Shown here: positions 12,459-24,029 of the stretch, one piece after another
How the letters are laid out: the number at the start of each line of letters is the position of its first letter
Position numbering within the stretch: the first letter of the stretch is position 1
Source of the DNA: Rebecca billardiae RCC1528
Taxonomy: Eukaryota; Protista; Haptophyta
NCBI GenBank assembly: GCA_965240325.2
Contig: OZ251239.1
Location: 124,001-188,000 of the forward strand
Direction: 5' to 3'
DNA length: 64,000 nt
Position numbers and translations under genes: made by a program
The notes under the pieces: generated by a model
The model's database searches: none
What the model was told of the DNA's origin: nothing
Seen by the model: the letters and a program-made list of their open reading frames with translations, nothing else

Positions 12459-15400
12459 GAGCGTCGTCGGCGGCGGCGGCGGTGCGCGCGGCCTGCTCGT
12501 CGAGGAAGTGGCTGACCAGCCCGTCCGCGAGCGCCTGCAGCTGCTCGGCGCCCGCCGCGGCGCTCGGCACGCCCGCGCCGCCCGCGGCCGCGTGCTCGAC
12601 CAGCGGCGGCAGCCATGTCTCGGGCGGCACGCGCGCTGCGGCCGTGATCAGCCGAGACACGCGCGCGCGCGCGCGGCGCGCCGCGGCGGCGTCGGCGCTC
12701 TCGGCGGCGTCGGCGGCGCGCGAGGCCGCGCCGCCGCCCTCCGCGCCCGCCTCGCGCCGCGCCGCCGCCGCCAGCTCGCCGCCGTCCAGCGCGTCCGCGT
12801 CCGCGGGCGCGTCGCCGAGCGCAAGCTCGCAGAGCGCGCGCAGCAGCAGCGCGCGCAGGCCTTCCTCATCGGTCACCTTGGCGAGCGCGCTGCCGAGCGT
12901 GCACAGCGCGTCGGCGACGAGGTCGTCGTCCGCGGGGTGCGCCGGCGGCTCCGCCGCGAGCAGCCGCGCCTCGCGCTGCAGCTGCGCGCCGCACACCGCG
13001 TGCAGCACCTTCACCACGCGCTTGCGCACAGACACGCCCACGTCCCGGATCCGCTCGGCGACCAGCCTGAGCTGCGCGGCGCTCGGCGCGCGCTCGGCGG
13101 CGGCGGCGGCGGAGTGGTGGCGGAGGACGTGGCGGCCGACGAGGTCGACGGCGGCCTCGCGCACCGAGACGGCGGCGTCCATCAGCCGGCTCTGCACCGC
13201 GGCGTGCACGCCCGCCGCGCCAAGCAGCTCGTCGTCGGCGTCGATCAGACTGCCGAGGGACTTGAGCGCGCGCGCGCGGCCCGCGGGCGTCGGGTCGCGC
13301 AGCGCGTGCAGCGTCGCGCGGAGGCAGACGTCGGCGAGCCTGGCGAGGCTCGAGCCAGCGGCGAGCGCGCGGCACGCGCGCCGCGTGCCGTCGAGCGAGA
13401 GCGTCGGCTCATCGCGCGCGCCGCCGCCGCCGCCCTCGCACACGAGCGCCCACTGCGCGCACAGCAGCCGGCACGCGCGCGCGTCGCCGGCCGCGGCCGC
13501 GTCGCAGTGCCACTCACAGAGCAGCGCGCGCGAGGCCGAGCGCGCGGCGCTGTCGTCGCCCTCGGCGCGCGCCTCGGCGTGCAGGTAGTTGAGCACGAGC
13601 TGCTGCAGCACCGACGTCTCCGCCACGTCCACCTCGCCCTCGCCACCCGCCTCCTCGTCGTCGCCGCCGCCGTCGGCGGCGGCGGCGGCGGCCGCGGCCG
13701 CGGCCGCGCCGCCACCCAGGGCGGCCGCGAGCGCGCGCTGCGCGCGCCGCGCGCGCGCGCGCTGCGCGCGCACGGCCTTGGAGACGATGCACGCGTCGCA
13801 CAGCCACACGTCGGGCATCGGCGCCGTCGGGTCCACGCCCACGCACGCGCCGTGGAACCAGCGGTGGCACCCGTCGCAGTCGAGCATGAACGCGCGCCGT
13901 CCCGCGGAAGTCTTGTAGAAGCCTCTGCCACACACGCAGCTCGAGTCCTCGCCCGCCGTGTCGGGCGCGGCGAGCGGGTCGAAGTCGGTCCGTGGCGAGG
14001 GGAAGCGCAGCGGCGCGTCGCGGTGCGCGCGCAGCTCCGCGTGCGCGTACGCGCCCACCTGCCCGAGCAGCTCGAGGCACTGGCTGCGCACCGCCGCCGA
14101 CTCCCGCGAGCCACTCTTGCCGGCCGGGCCGGCGCCGGCTGGCCCAAGCTGTGGGTCGGCGAGTGCGCGCTTGGCGAGGTGCTGCGTGAGGCGCACGAGG
14201 CAGAGGGCGGCGGCGGGCCACTGCGGCGTGTGCGCCACGAGGAGCAGGTCCTCCGTGAACCGCTCCAGCGCCAGCCGCAGCTCCGCCTCGCGCGAGCCGT
14301 CGCCGCCCGCCGCGCTCGGCGGCGCGTGGCAGCGCCCGTGCAGCGCGTGTACAAACGCGAACGCCCGCCCGGCGAGCTCGGCGCGGAACGGGTGGGCGGC
14401 GAGGGCCTGCGCGTCGGGGGCGGCGGGCGGCTCGTCGGCGGGGAGCGCCGCCGGCGCCTGCAGCAGCTGCAGCACGAGCCCGCTCACCATCTGCACCGAC
14501 GCGCCGCCGCCCGCGGCCGCGGGCGCGCGCGCGCCGCCCGAGCGCGCCGCGGCCGGCGCGGCGAGCGCTCCTGCCGGAAAGGTGCGCAGGTTGAGCTTGG
14601 ACTGCGCGGGCTTGAGCAGGATGGCGAGCACGTCCTCCCACATGAGCTCGCGCTGGCCCGCGTACCGCGTGTACAGCTCGACCGCCACGCCGATCGCCGG
14701 CAGCTGCAGCGCGGGCGCGCCCGCGAGGCAGCCCGCGCGCACGCACAGCGTCGCCAGCGAGGTGGCTGCGCCTTCCGAGAGGCCGCGCGTGCCGATCAGC
14801 GATCGCAGCGCGCCGAGGGCGCCGGCGACGCTGGAGACGAGGGGCGCGAGCGCCGCCGCGGGCACCGCGGGCGCGCTGGTCGGCGCCTTGACCACACCCT
14901 CCGCGCCGCCGCCGCCATCGGCGTCGGCGGCGGCCGCGGCGGCGGCGGCGGCGGCGCGCCCACGGCCGCGGCCGCGGCCGCGGCCGCGCGCTCCGCGCCC
15001 TCCGCGCCCGGGAGCGGGAGGCGTCGACGGCGCGTGCGGGCTCGAGGCGGCGGCGGCGGCGGCGGAGACGGCGGGGAGCGCGTTGCAGAGCACGCCCGAG
15101 CGGCCGAGCACCGCGCGCAGCGTGCTCACCACCTCGTCCAGCGCCTCCTCCGTGCACAGGTCCGGTGGGGCGTCCGGACTGCCGAGCAGGACCAGAAGCG
15201 CATGCAGCGCGCGCGCGCCCTCCGCGGCCGCGCGCGCGGCCGGCGCGGCGTGCGCCACGCCGGAGGCGGCGACGGCGGCCGGGAGGTCGACGTCGCGCGC
15301 GCTCGCCATCGTCGCCGAGAGCCTCTCCGCGAGCATCGTCAGCTCCGGCTCGGCCACGCGCTGCAGCGCCCCGGGCGCCTCCGCCAGTCGCTGCAGCTCG

Positions 15401-16513
15401 AGCAGAGCGCCGCCTGTCTCGCCGACGCTCAGCGGCGCGGGGTGCGCGCCGTCGGCGCCCGCGGGGTCGGAGGCGGCGGCGGCGGCGAGGAGCGCCTCGA
15501 GGCGCGCGACCGAGCGGTCGATGGCGCGCGCGCGCTCCGAGGCCGCGTCGGCCTGCGCGCCCGCGCCGCGCGCGCCGCCCTCCGCAGCCTGCGCGCTCGG
15601 CGCGCCGCCGTTCAGCGCCGCCTGCGGCGCGGCCGCGGCCCGCCTCGGCGCGCAGCCCTTGGCGCGCGCGGGCGGCGTGGCGGGCGGAGGCAGCGGCGAG
15701 GCCGCTGCGCTGGCGTGCACGCTCGGTGCCACGCTGGCGCTACCCGCGCCGCCTGCGCGTGCGAGCGCGGGCGCGGGCGCGGGCGCAGCGCACGGGCGGG
15801 GCAGCGTGCGCGTGCGCGCGCGCGCGCGCGCATGCGTGAGCGAGTGACGCAGGCGCGGGGCAGAGCGCGCCGCCTCGCGACGCTCAGCGCAGAGGCGCGC
15901 GGCGCGCGGGTGCACGCGCACCTCGACCCGGCACGGGCGACGCGCCCTGCGCCGCGTCCGTCCGGAACTTGTCCACGCCGGCGCGCGTGAGCGTCGTGGT
16001 GGTCGCGTCGTCCCAGAGCACGCGCACGCGCCCGCCCTCGAGCTCGGCCTCGACGGTGCCGTCGTGCACGCCGAAGCCGGGGAACCTGCGGCGCACGGGC
16101 GTGCCCACGAGCGAGCCCGACGCCGGCCCGCTGCCGCCGCCGCTCGTGCTCGGCGCGGCCGGCCGCGGCGGAGGCGGCTGCGGCTGCTGCGCGCGCGTGC
16201 CGCCCAACGCCTGCCGCAGCTGCGTGAGCGCGGCGGAGGCGGGTTCGTGCGCGGCGCGCGAGGCGCCACGCGGCGTGCTCGCGAGGGGCTTGGCACTCGC
16301 GCCGTTCGCCGCGTGCAGCGCGGCGAGCATGCACTCGAGCTGCGCCGGCGGCGCGAGCTCGGCGCCCGGCAGCGCCGAGACGAGCTTGGAAGCGCGCCCG
16401 TCCGCGTCGGTCGCGTGCGCGGCGAGCGTGCTGAGCGGCAGGCACTTGGCGAGGTTGGCGAGCGGGGCGGGCCCGGCGCACAGGGTCACGTCCGGCGCGC
16501 GTGCCTCCGCCAT
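9897..16513 (-). CDS. NIPBL: Cohesin loader SCC2/Nipped-B-like protein, multi-exon (introns ~15753-15921, ~10574-10662, ~10.0-10.2 kb)
   Basis: HEAT motifs RARALKSLGSLI, DAAVSVREAAVDLVG, RIRDVGVSVRKRVVK, LRQGVAHPHVCLPWLMAL and YLK/ELYSLSDARC. PHD finger CVC..MLDCDGCHRWFHGACVGV..WLCDAC. GT-AG junctions restore the frame. ATG at 16513. Confidence 0.9.
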
Positions 16514-16720
16514 GGGCGGCTGAGCGCGCGACGACGGTCGCCGCGCGGCAGGGCTGGGCTGCAATCCTCTGCCGGCGCCCGCGCGGTCGTCAGCTTCGCC
16601 AGCGGCGGGAGGCAGCACGCTTTGCAGGCGTCGCAGCTCGCCAGTGCGCGGTGCGGCAACAGCCTGGCGCAGTGGCGCCTGCGAATTATATTTCGGAATT
16701 CGATGGTGGTCGGCTAGGTC

Positions 16721-16768
16721 GCGCGAAAAGCGCGCGAAAACGAATAAAATCGCGCGCCATTTTCGCGC
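16721..16768. promoter_or_regulatory. Cluster of three E2F-consensus sites in the bidirectional promoter of SCC2
   Basis: GCGCGAAA at 16721 and 16732 and TTTCGCGC at 16761 match TTTSSCGC. Confidence 0.5.
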
Positions 16769-16816
16769 CTGTCCTCCGGCCTGCCGACCACCGGCCGCAG
16801 CTTGTGCGTTTCAAGC

Positions 16817-17971
16817 ATGGTGGGCCAGAGCAGCGCGCGTGGCGGCGCCGCCAAGGACGGACAGGGCCGCGCACGCGACGCGCCGAAGGGCACATCGCAG
16901 GCGCCCAGCTCGTCAGCCAGCGTGTCAGCCGACCTGCAGCCGCAGAAGACCAAGCGTTGGGATGAGCCGAGCTCGACGCAGTCGGCGCTCGTGCGAACGG
17001 GCGCGCCCGCGGGCGCCCCGGCGACCGCGCTCGTGGAGACGGCGCGAGCGTCGCCGCGGCGCATCGCGCCACCCGCCGATCTGGCGCAGGCGCTCGAGGC
17101 GGTACACGCGCTGATAGCAGAGGGGGCGCTCACCCTCGATCACTACGAGTCCTTCAAGCACCTCGCGCTCGAGGCGAAGACGTGGACGGCTTCGATCGGC
17201 GCGCGGTGCAAGGCGGCCGTGGACGAGCTGCGCCGCTTGCACGCGCTCGAGCCGCAGCTGCTGCGAGCCGAGGGCGGCGTGCGCGTGCTCGACGAGGCGG
17301 AGCTGCGCGAGGAGCAAGGTAGGCTGATCGTCGGCGCGCGCAGCGCAGCGGGCTCGACGAAGCTGCGCGCGCTGTGCATGTGCGCTGACATGGTGAGGGC
17401 GCCATTCGCACCGCCGGCCGCCGCGCCCGCGGCCGCGCCCGGGGCTGCGCCGGCGCCGGCAGCAGCCGCGCCGGCAGCGGCCGGATCGGTGGCGCAGCCG
17501 AGCGAGGCTGCGCAAGCCCTCGCGCGCGCAGAGGTGTGCGAGCGGCTCCTCGCCCTCTGGCCGACCCATCGGGCGCGCGTGCTGGGCGCGCCGCAGTGGG
17601 GCGCTGCCGCGCTGCACCGGTACGGCCTCGTGCTCTCCGACGCGCGCGTTCTCGGCGCGCTGCGCGTGCAGGGCACGCTCAGCCGCGAGGAGTACGACGC
17701 CGAGGCGCACACCACGCTGATGATGGCCGATCGCTCAGCCGCGGTGATCCCCGCCGTCGCCACGGAGCTCCGCGCGCTGGCCAAGCTCGAGGCCGACATG
17801 CTCCTCTCGGCGGCGGAGGCGGCGGAGCGCAAGCACATTGTGCTGCGCCGGCCGGTGTACTCCGCGCTCGGCGAGGAGCGCTCGCAGGCGCGTCGCCCGC
17901 CCAGCGCGAGAGCGGCATACGAGCGGGCAGTGCTGGAGGCCATCAGTATGGCCAACGGCGTCGGTGTCTAG
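16817..17971 (+). CDS. Hypothetical protein divergent from SCC2
   Basis: About 384-aa ORF from ATG 16817 with host-like codon bias and mixed, globular-looking composition. No family recognised. Confidence 0.7.
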   Translation: MVGQSSARGGAAKDGQGRARDAPKGTSQAPSSSASVSADLQPQKTKRWDEPSSTQSALVRTGAPAGAPATALVETARASPRRIAPPADLAQALEAVHALIAEGALTLDHYESFKHLALEAKTWTASIGARCKAAVDELRRLHALEPQLLRAEGGVRVLDEAELREEQGRLIVGARSAAGSTKLRALCMCADMVRAPFAPPAAAPAAAPGAAPAPAAAAPAAAGSVAQPSEAAQALARAEVCERLLALWPTHRARVLGAPQWGAAALHRYGLVLSDARVLGALRVQGTLSREEYDAEAHTTLMMADRSAAVIPAVATELRALAKLEADMLLSAAEAAERKHIVLRRPVYSALGEERSQARRPPSARAAYERAVLEAISMANGVGV

Positions 17972-18857
17972 TGTCTCACTGTCTGTCTGTGTCTGATGAG
18001 TCTCAGGCGACTCAGCCGCGGCGGACCCGCGGCACCCGGTCCGCCTCAGACTCCGCCGGCTGACCCGGTGTGGCCGACGCCGGGGTGGTGAGCCTGACAC
18101 TGTCACTGACCGTGACAGCCGACAGGCTGACAGCGCGTAGTGACGACGCCTGACGGCGCCTCAATCTCATGACTCATCAGCCTGAGCCCTGATCATGCCC
18201 CCGGGGCCGGGCGCCTACGCGGTCGGGTAACGGACCCGGGACCGACGGTTGCGCCCGCGTTCGGGCGTTCGGCCCGCGGTCGGGCCCGCCTTTAAATATT
18301 ATTACTACACTTATATATATTTCAGGCGCGTTTATTATAAATAATAATATATATTTTATATACACATATATATAATATATTTGTATATATATAACTACGA
18401 CATTATATCATCATGTGACATGTAAGTATACAGCAGCGCCGAAGTCTCGGAGTCAGCCGAGTGCACAGTCGTCATCTAACGTCGTCGTCAGTCAGACGTC
18501 GTAATGTTTCACGTCGTCGTAGTCGTTCACTCGTCATGCCGTGCGTCTTCACCAAAACACGTCGTCGCTGCGCCGCTCTGCTGCTCTTCAGCGGCGCAGA
18601 CTTTTCGCGCGCAGCGGCCCTGCGCGCCGCACCCCAACGACGAGGCCCGACGTCGCAGCACGCCTGCCGACAGCGGGCCGCGGAGCGCGGAGCGCCGACC
18701 GCGCGCCGGCGCTCTGCTGCCGCCATCATCGTCATCATCGAGGTCGTGCGGCTGGCACCGCGTGATCACGGGCGACGACGGCCGCGCGCAGCGCCAGCAG
18801 CCCGACTCGCATGCCGTGCCGCGTGGCGATGTGGCTGCTGCACGGCGATGCCATGGC

Positions 18858-19855
18858 CTACGCCGCCTGCTTCTTCGCCTTCCTCTTCTTCTTCTGCTCG
18901 GCAGCGGGCAGCGCGCACCGGCAGCAGGGGGGCACGGCACGGGGGGCGGGTGGTTGGCGCAGGCCAACGGCGGCACGGCCGCTGCGCCGGAGCGCGCGGC
19001 ATGTGCGCCGCGCATCGCGCGGGGCGTGCGGACGCCGGGCGCGGCGCCCGTTCGCGCGCGCACCTTCTTCTTGTCGGCGATCTCCTGCAGCTTCTCCTCG
19101 AGCGCGCGCCGCTTCTCGATCGCCTTGAGCTGCTTCTCGCGCCGCGCGGAGCACAGCAGGTCATGCGCGCCGCACTCCTCCAGCTCCGCCTCCAGCCTCT
19201 CGAGCTCAGTCATCTTCTCCTTGGGCTTCTTGGACCCGCCGCCGGGGCCGCCCGCGCCGCCGCCCGCGCCGGGCCTGGCCGCGGCCGCGGAGGCGTCGAG
19301 CTCGGCCTGCAGCGCGGCCTGGCGCTGGCGCTCCTCCTCCAGGATCTCCGCCATGATGTCGCCCATGTCCTCCTCCTCCTCGCCCGCCTCGGCCGCCGCC
19401 GCCTTGGCCGCGCCGCGCAGCGCGATCTCGCAGTCGATCTCGGCATCCAGCTGCGGCAGCGCGTCGAAGGGCGTCGTGCTCGCGCGCCCGGCGGTGACGG
19501 CGTTGATGAAGCGGGACATGCCCTCGACGGTGAACGTGCCCATCAGCTTGGCGTACCGCCCCTTCGACGGCGAGAGCACCACCATCGTCGGCAGGTCGGC
19601 GTCCGAGACGTCGAAGGCCGCGGGGAAGTTGTCGTGGCACGTTGCGTCCAGCCAGCCCAGACGCACCGCCGGGTCGCCGCGCCGCCGATGCGCTAGGCCG
19701 TTGAGCGTGCGCAGCTGGGCGTCGCGCGCCTCGGTCGCCTCGGGCGTGCGCTCGCCGTCGAGGAGCGCGATCGCGCACAGCCCAATCGCCGCACCGTCGC
19801 CGCACACCTCCGCGATCGACGCCGCTGTGAGCTCGGGTACCGGCGCAACCTCGGT

Positions 19856-19915
<60 letters not shown>

Positions 19916-21870
19916 GCCCGCCCCGCCGCCGCCCTGCTGGCCCAAGCGCTTCTCCCACCCGGGCCCGCCGAGCTGCTGGCCGATGTTCGCGAGGAACGTG
20001 CCCAGCGTGCCGAAGCTCATCGGCCCGCCCTGCGTCTCGTCAAAGTGCGCGCCCTGCATCGCCACCTCGCCTCTCTCGTTGGGCTCTCCGCCCACCCACA
20101 GGCAGAGCAGCGACGGCACCTTCTGCATGCCGAAGCGCTGGAGCAGCGGGGCGTCGCTCGCGGGCGCGACGCCAAAGTTGAACACGCCGCCGAAGAAGAG
20201 CGCGATCGCGCGGTACAGCGGCGGCACGCCCGACTTGTCCGTGAAGAGGATGCACGAGGCGAGCGGCGCGGCGCCGTCGGCCGGCGCGCCGCCCGGCGCG
20301 GACGCGGCCGCGGCCGCGTGCGCAAGGAACTGATCGGCGGTGCCGGAGGTGAGGACGGAGACGCTGTCCGCGGGGAGCGAGTCGCCCGCCGCGCGCCTCG
20401 CCGCGGCCGCGTCCTCCACGACCAGCGCCGACGCGGCGCTCTTCGCGCCCTTCCCGTACGGCAGCACGCGCAGCGCGGGCATCCCGTCATCCGGCACGCC
20501 GAGCCGTGCCGCCAGCTTGGCACCGGAGGGCTCGCTCGCGTTCACCAGCCCGACGAGCGCCTGGCCGCGGAGCTGGGCGGCGAGCTTGGCGAGCGCGGGC
20601 ACGCGCGCCGGGTCCGACGCGTCGTCCGCCTCCACGCTCGACCCGCGCTCGAACGCGAGCACCCACGCCGACGCGTCAGATTCAATCTCGGCCGAAAACG
20701 ATTCGTCTGTGACCGCTGCCACCTGCTCCAAGTTGCGCGCGCCCGCGCGCCGCGCGCCCTCCGCGCCGCCGGCGGCGGCGGCGGCGGGCGGCGCGGGCTC
20801 GGGGCCGGCGCGGGCGGAGAGGTACGCCCACAGCGGCTCGTACTTGAGCTCGCCGCCGTACACCTCCGCCTCCGCCGCCTCGCCGCCGCCGCCGCCATCG
20901 CGGCCACCGCCAGACAGGATCACCAGCGCCGGCAGCGCGCTCACTCCGTACCGGCGCGCGAGCGCGGGCACGCCGTCGTCGGCGTCGGCGGGGAGCTGCT
21001 TCGCCTCGCCGACGGCGAGCCTGCCGCGCAGCCGCACCGCGAGCGCCTTGAGCATCATCGAGGTCTCCGCCTTGGCCGAGAAGAGCAGCGCGCGCCGCGC
21101 GTGCGCCTCTGCGTGCGCGCCTGGCGGGCCTAGGTGCTCGGCGCCGCGCGCGACGAGCGCGTCGTGCGCCGCCTCGTCGGGCACCGGCACGACGAGGTTT
21201 GGCATGTGCTTCGTGATGAACTCCACCAGCGCCTTGGCCGTGCGCGGGCCGTTGTACAGCAGCGTCTCCTTGTCGCGCTTGCCTGCGCGCGCGTGGCGGC
21301 GCGGCGGCAGTTGGCGCGAGCGCCGCCGCGCGCGAGCGCGTGAGCGCGTCGCACGGTGCGCGAGCGCGGCGGCGCGCGGCGCGCGGCGCACGCACCGGTG
21401 TACGGGTTCACCTTCACCTCCGGCAGGAACACCTTCACCGTGGGGAAGCCCGACACGCCGTTGGCCGACATGAGCTCCTGCGCATCGTCCGCGTTCACGC
21501 CGCCAAACTTGACGAGGTGCTTCAGATTGCCCGCCGCCTTCTCGAACGCGGGCGCGAACTGCTTGCAGTGGCCGCACCAGTCGGCGTAGAACTCGACGAC
21601 CCACACGTGCGCGAGGTCGGCCTGCATCTCCGCCCAGCCCTGTGCGCACGCCGCCGCGCGCGCGCGCGCGACCCGCCTGAGCATGCGCATATGCCGCCTG
21701 CTCCCGCGCAACGATAGGGCCCGGGCGTGAGCCGGGCGGCGGCACACCTTCTTGCCAAGCTTGACTATGGGCGAGTCCGCGCCGTACAGCGGAGGCTGTG
21801 GCTGCGCGCGCGCATCGTACGCGAGCACAGCGGCGAGCGCCGCGAGGAGCGCCGTGCGGACGCGCGTCAT
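18858..21870 (-). CDS. Protein disulfide isomerase / multi-thioredoxin-fold ER protein, spliced (introns ~21640-21747, ~21.28-21.40 kb, ~18.90-19.06 kb)
   Basis: Signal peptide MTRVRTALLAALAAVLA. VWVVEFYADWCGHCKQFAPAFEKAA..VSGFPTVKVF..YNGPRTAKALVEF, followed by further Trx-like domains lacking CxxC. Ends KKKRKAKKQAA*. Confidence 0.88.
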
Positions 21871-22003
21871 CGTCAGTCCAGGGTCCAGACGCTGAGTCAG
21901 CATTTCTTTTCCCCTTTTCGCCGCGCCATTATTTTTGGCCGTAGTCACTTCGTGTGTCAGGCCGGACGGGGACGGGCCGAAGTCCCCGAACACAGGACCG
22001 GGA

Positions 22004-23112
22004 CAAGGGAGTCAAGGGTGCCCGCGCCCCAGTGGCGCGCTCGGCGGATGTTGGGATACACCTTTTTGCCCGCGGCCCTGCGGCGGCGGCGGCGATGGCG
22101 TGCTCCGCTGGCGGGGCGAGCGCACGGGGCACGGCGCTGCGGGCGCGGATGTGCCCGCGAAGCCGGCGCGTGCGGACGGGCTGTTGCGGGAGAGCATCTG
22201 GCGCCCTCCTGCGCCGCGCGACTTGCGCCACGCCTCTTTCGCCTCGGCTCAGAGCAGCGCGCACGCACGCGCCGCCTCAAGGCCAGCCTTGCCGCGCCGC
22301 AGCCGACCGCGCGCGCGCCGTGCGCGGCGTGGTCGGGAAGGAACGGGCGCTGCTGCCGGGCGAGATGGCGACGTCATAGGCGCACGCCATGCCGCCCCGC
22401 CACGCCTTGACGAGAGTGTCGTCGGTCCGTTTGCACGCCTTTTCGACTTGTCACAAATGGTGTGCACTGCCTCGCGGTCGTGACCGTTGTCGGGACGATC
22501 ATTGAGACACAGAACAGTGCCAGACGGGCACGCGGGCTACTCTTACATGAATGTTCATCACCGCGTGGTCATGTAGAAGTGCTGGGTGCGACGCTTTCCT
22601 CGCGCTGATGCTCTTTCATCATCTTCTTCGAGCTCAGGTCTGGCTTCAGGCACGGCAAGAAATCAGCACTCGTCAACAGCTGTGCGGATCCGTTCTCGTG
22701 CTCTTTCGCGGCGCCGCGGGGCGGCATGGCGTGCGCCCATGACGTCGCCATCTCGCCCGGCAGCAGCGCCCGTTCCTTCCCGACCACGCCGCGCACGGCG
22801 CGCGCGCGGTCGGCTGCGGCGCGGCAAGGCTGGCCTTGAGGCGGCGCGTGCGTGCGCGCTGCTCTGAGCCGAGGCGAAAGAGGCGTGGCGCAAGTCGCGC
22901 GTCGCAGGAGGGCGCCCGATACTCTCCCGCAACAGCCCGTCCGCACGCGCCGGCTTCGCGGGCACATCCGCGCCCGCAGCGCCGTGCCCCGTGCGCTCGC
23001 CCCGCCAGCGGAGCACGCCATCGCCGCCGCCGCCGCAGGGCGCCGAGCAAAAATCTGTATCCCAACATCCGCCGAGCGCGCCACTGGGGCGCGGGCACCC
23101 TTGACTCCCTTG
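22004..23112. mobile_element. Foldback non-autonomous DNA transposon, P/Galileo-like, copy 1 (1109 bp)
   Basis: 397-bp TIRs at 22004-22400 and 22716-23112, termini CAAGGGAGTC..GACTCCCTTG, 7-bp TSD accggga (21997-22003 / 23113-23119). Confidence 0.93.
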
Positions 23113-23390
23113 ACCGGGAACAGCACTGGAGCACGTGACGGCCAAGCGCGACGACGTCATTGCGCGCCACGAAACACAAAAGCAGCCGTTGCGAGAAATT
23201 CCGGCCCGCTCGGGCCGCTCCGTGCGTCCAAGCGCTCCCAGCCAATCAGGGTGGTCGCTGCGCACACGTCCAGAGCCGTCTCCTCGTGTCCCAAAGGCCG
23301 GTATCGCCGTGGTAGACGGTGGCCTTTGGAAGGGCCCCATTCGCTTGGGGTCGAGGCCGGATCTCGTCGACCTCGCCGCCTTCGCGCGCC

Positions 23391-24029
23391 ATGCGCTCGA
23401 TCGCAGTCCTCGCCATCAGCGTCGTGGGCGCTGGGAGCGTGGCCGTCCGCCCGACGCCGCTGCGCGCGGTCATCAAGCCGTCCCCGGCGGTGCACGGCGC
23501 GCCACCACCGCCAAATCGCTCGCCAGACTTCCACGCCAACCTCGGCCGCGCAATCGACACCCTGCAGAGGGAGTACCCGACGCTGCTGGCGCAGGCGCCA
23601 TCACTCGACATATTCACCGACGACGTCGTCGCCGTCGATGCGCACAGCGGCCTCAAGTGGCACGGCAGGGAGGCGTACGCGCGAATGTTTGCCGCGATGC
23701 GCTGGGCGGCCGCCACGACGCTCGAGCGCGCAGAGATGGGATCGCTGATCGTGTACGACCCGTTCAGCTCGCAGATCCGCGTGAGATGGTCTGCGAAGCT
23801 GTTCAGGCGATGGTCCACCGACAAAAAGCCCGTGCACGTCGACGGCGTCGGCGTCTACTCGGTCGACGGCACCGGACACATCTGGCGGCACGAGATGCGC
23901 TCCGACGCGCCGTGCGCGCCGGGCACGCGGCACACGCAGCTGGCGCCGGGCCTGGCGCTCGCCGGGCTCGGCGGGTGTGAGAGCGTGCGCGAGTTCGACC
24001 ACGCGCTCGCCCCAGACGTGCTGCCCTGA
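23391..24029 (+). CDS. DUF2358 / SnoaL-NTF2-like protein with N-terminal targeting peptide
   Basis: FHANLGRAIDTLQREYPTLL..DIFTDDVV..IRVRW..HVDGVGVYSVDGTGHIWRH resembles DUF2358. A hydrophobic signal plus a basic/Pro-rich stretch suggests bipartite plastid targeting. Confidence 0.75.
   Translation: MRSIAVLAISVVGAGSVAVRPTPLRAVIKPSPAVHGAPPPPNRSPDFHANLGRAIDTLQREYPTLLAQAPSLDIFTDDVVAVDAHSGLKWHGREAYARMFAAMRWAAATTLERAEMGSLIVYDPFSSQIRVRWSAKLFRRWSTDKKPVHVDGVGVYSVDGTGHIWRHEMRSDAPCAPGTRHTQLAPGLALAGLGGCESVREFDHALAPDVLP

Noticed and set aside
10603-15990. 1795-aa plus-strand ORF, and similar giants at 36338-40150 (+), 59148-62798 (-), 40488-42332 (-)
   Set aside because: Antisense shadows of real genes. 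High GC suppresses stops and the translations are motif-free Arg/Ala runs.
22401-22715. Transposase or THAP remnant in the foldback spacer
   Set aside because: Only short ORF pieces, with no C2CH THAP or DDE motif visible.
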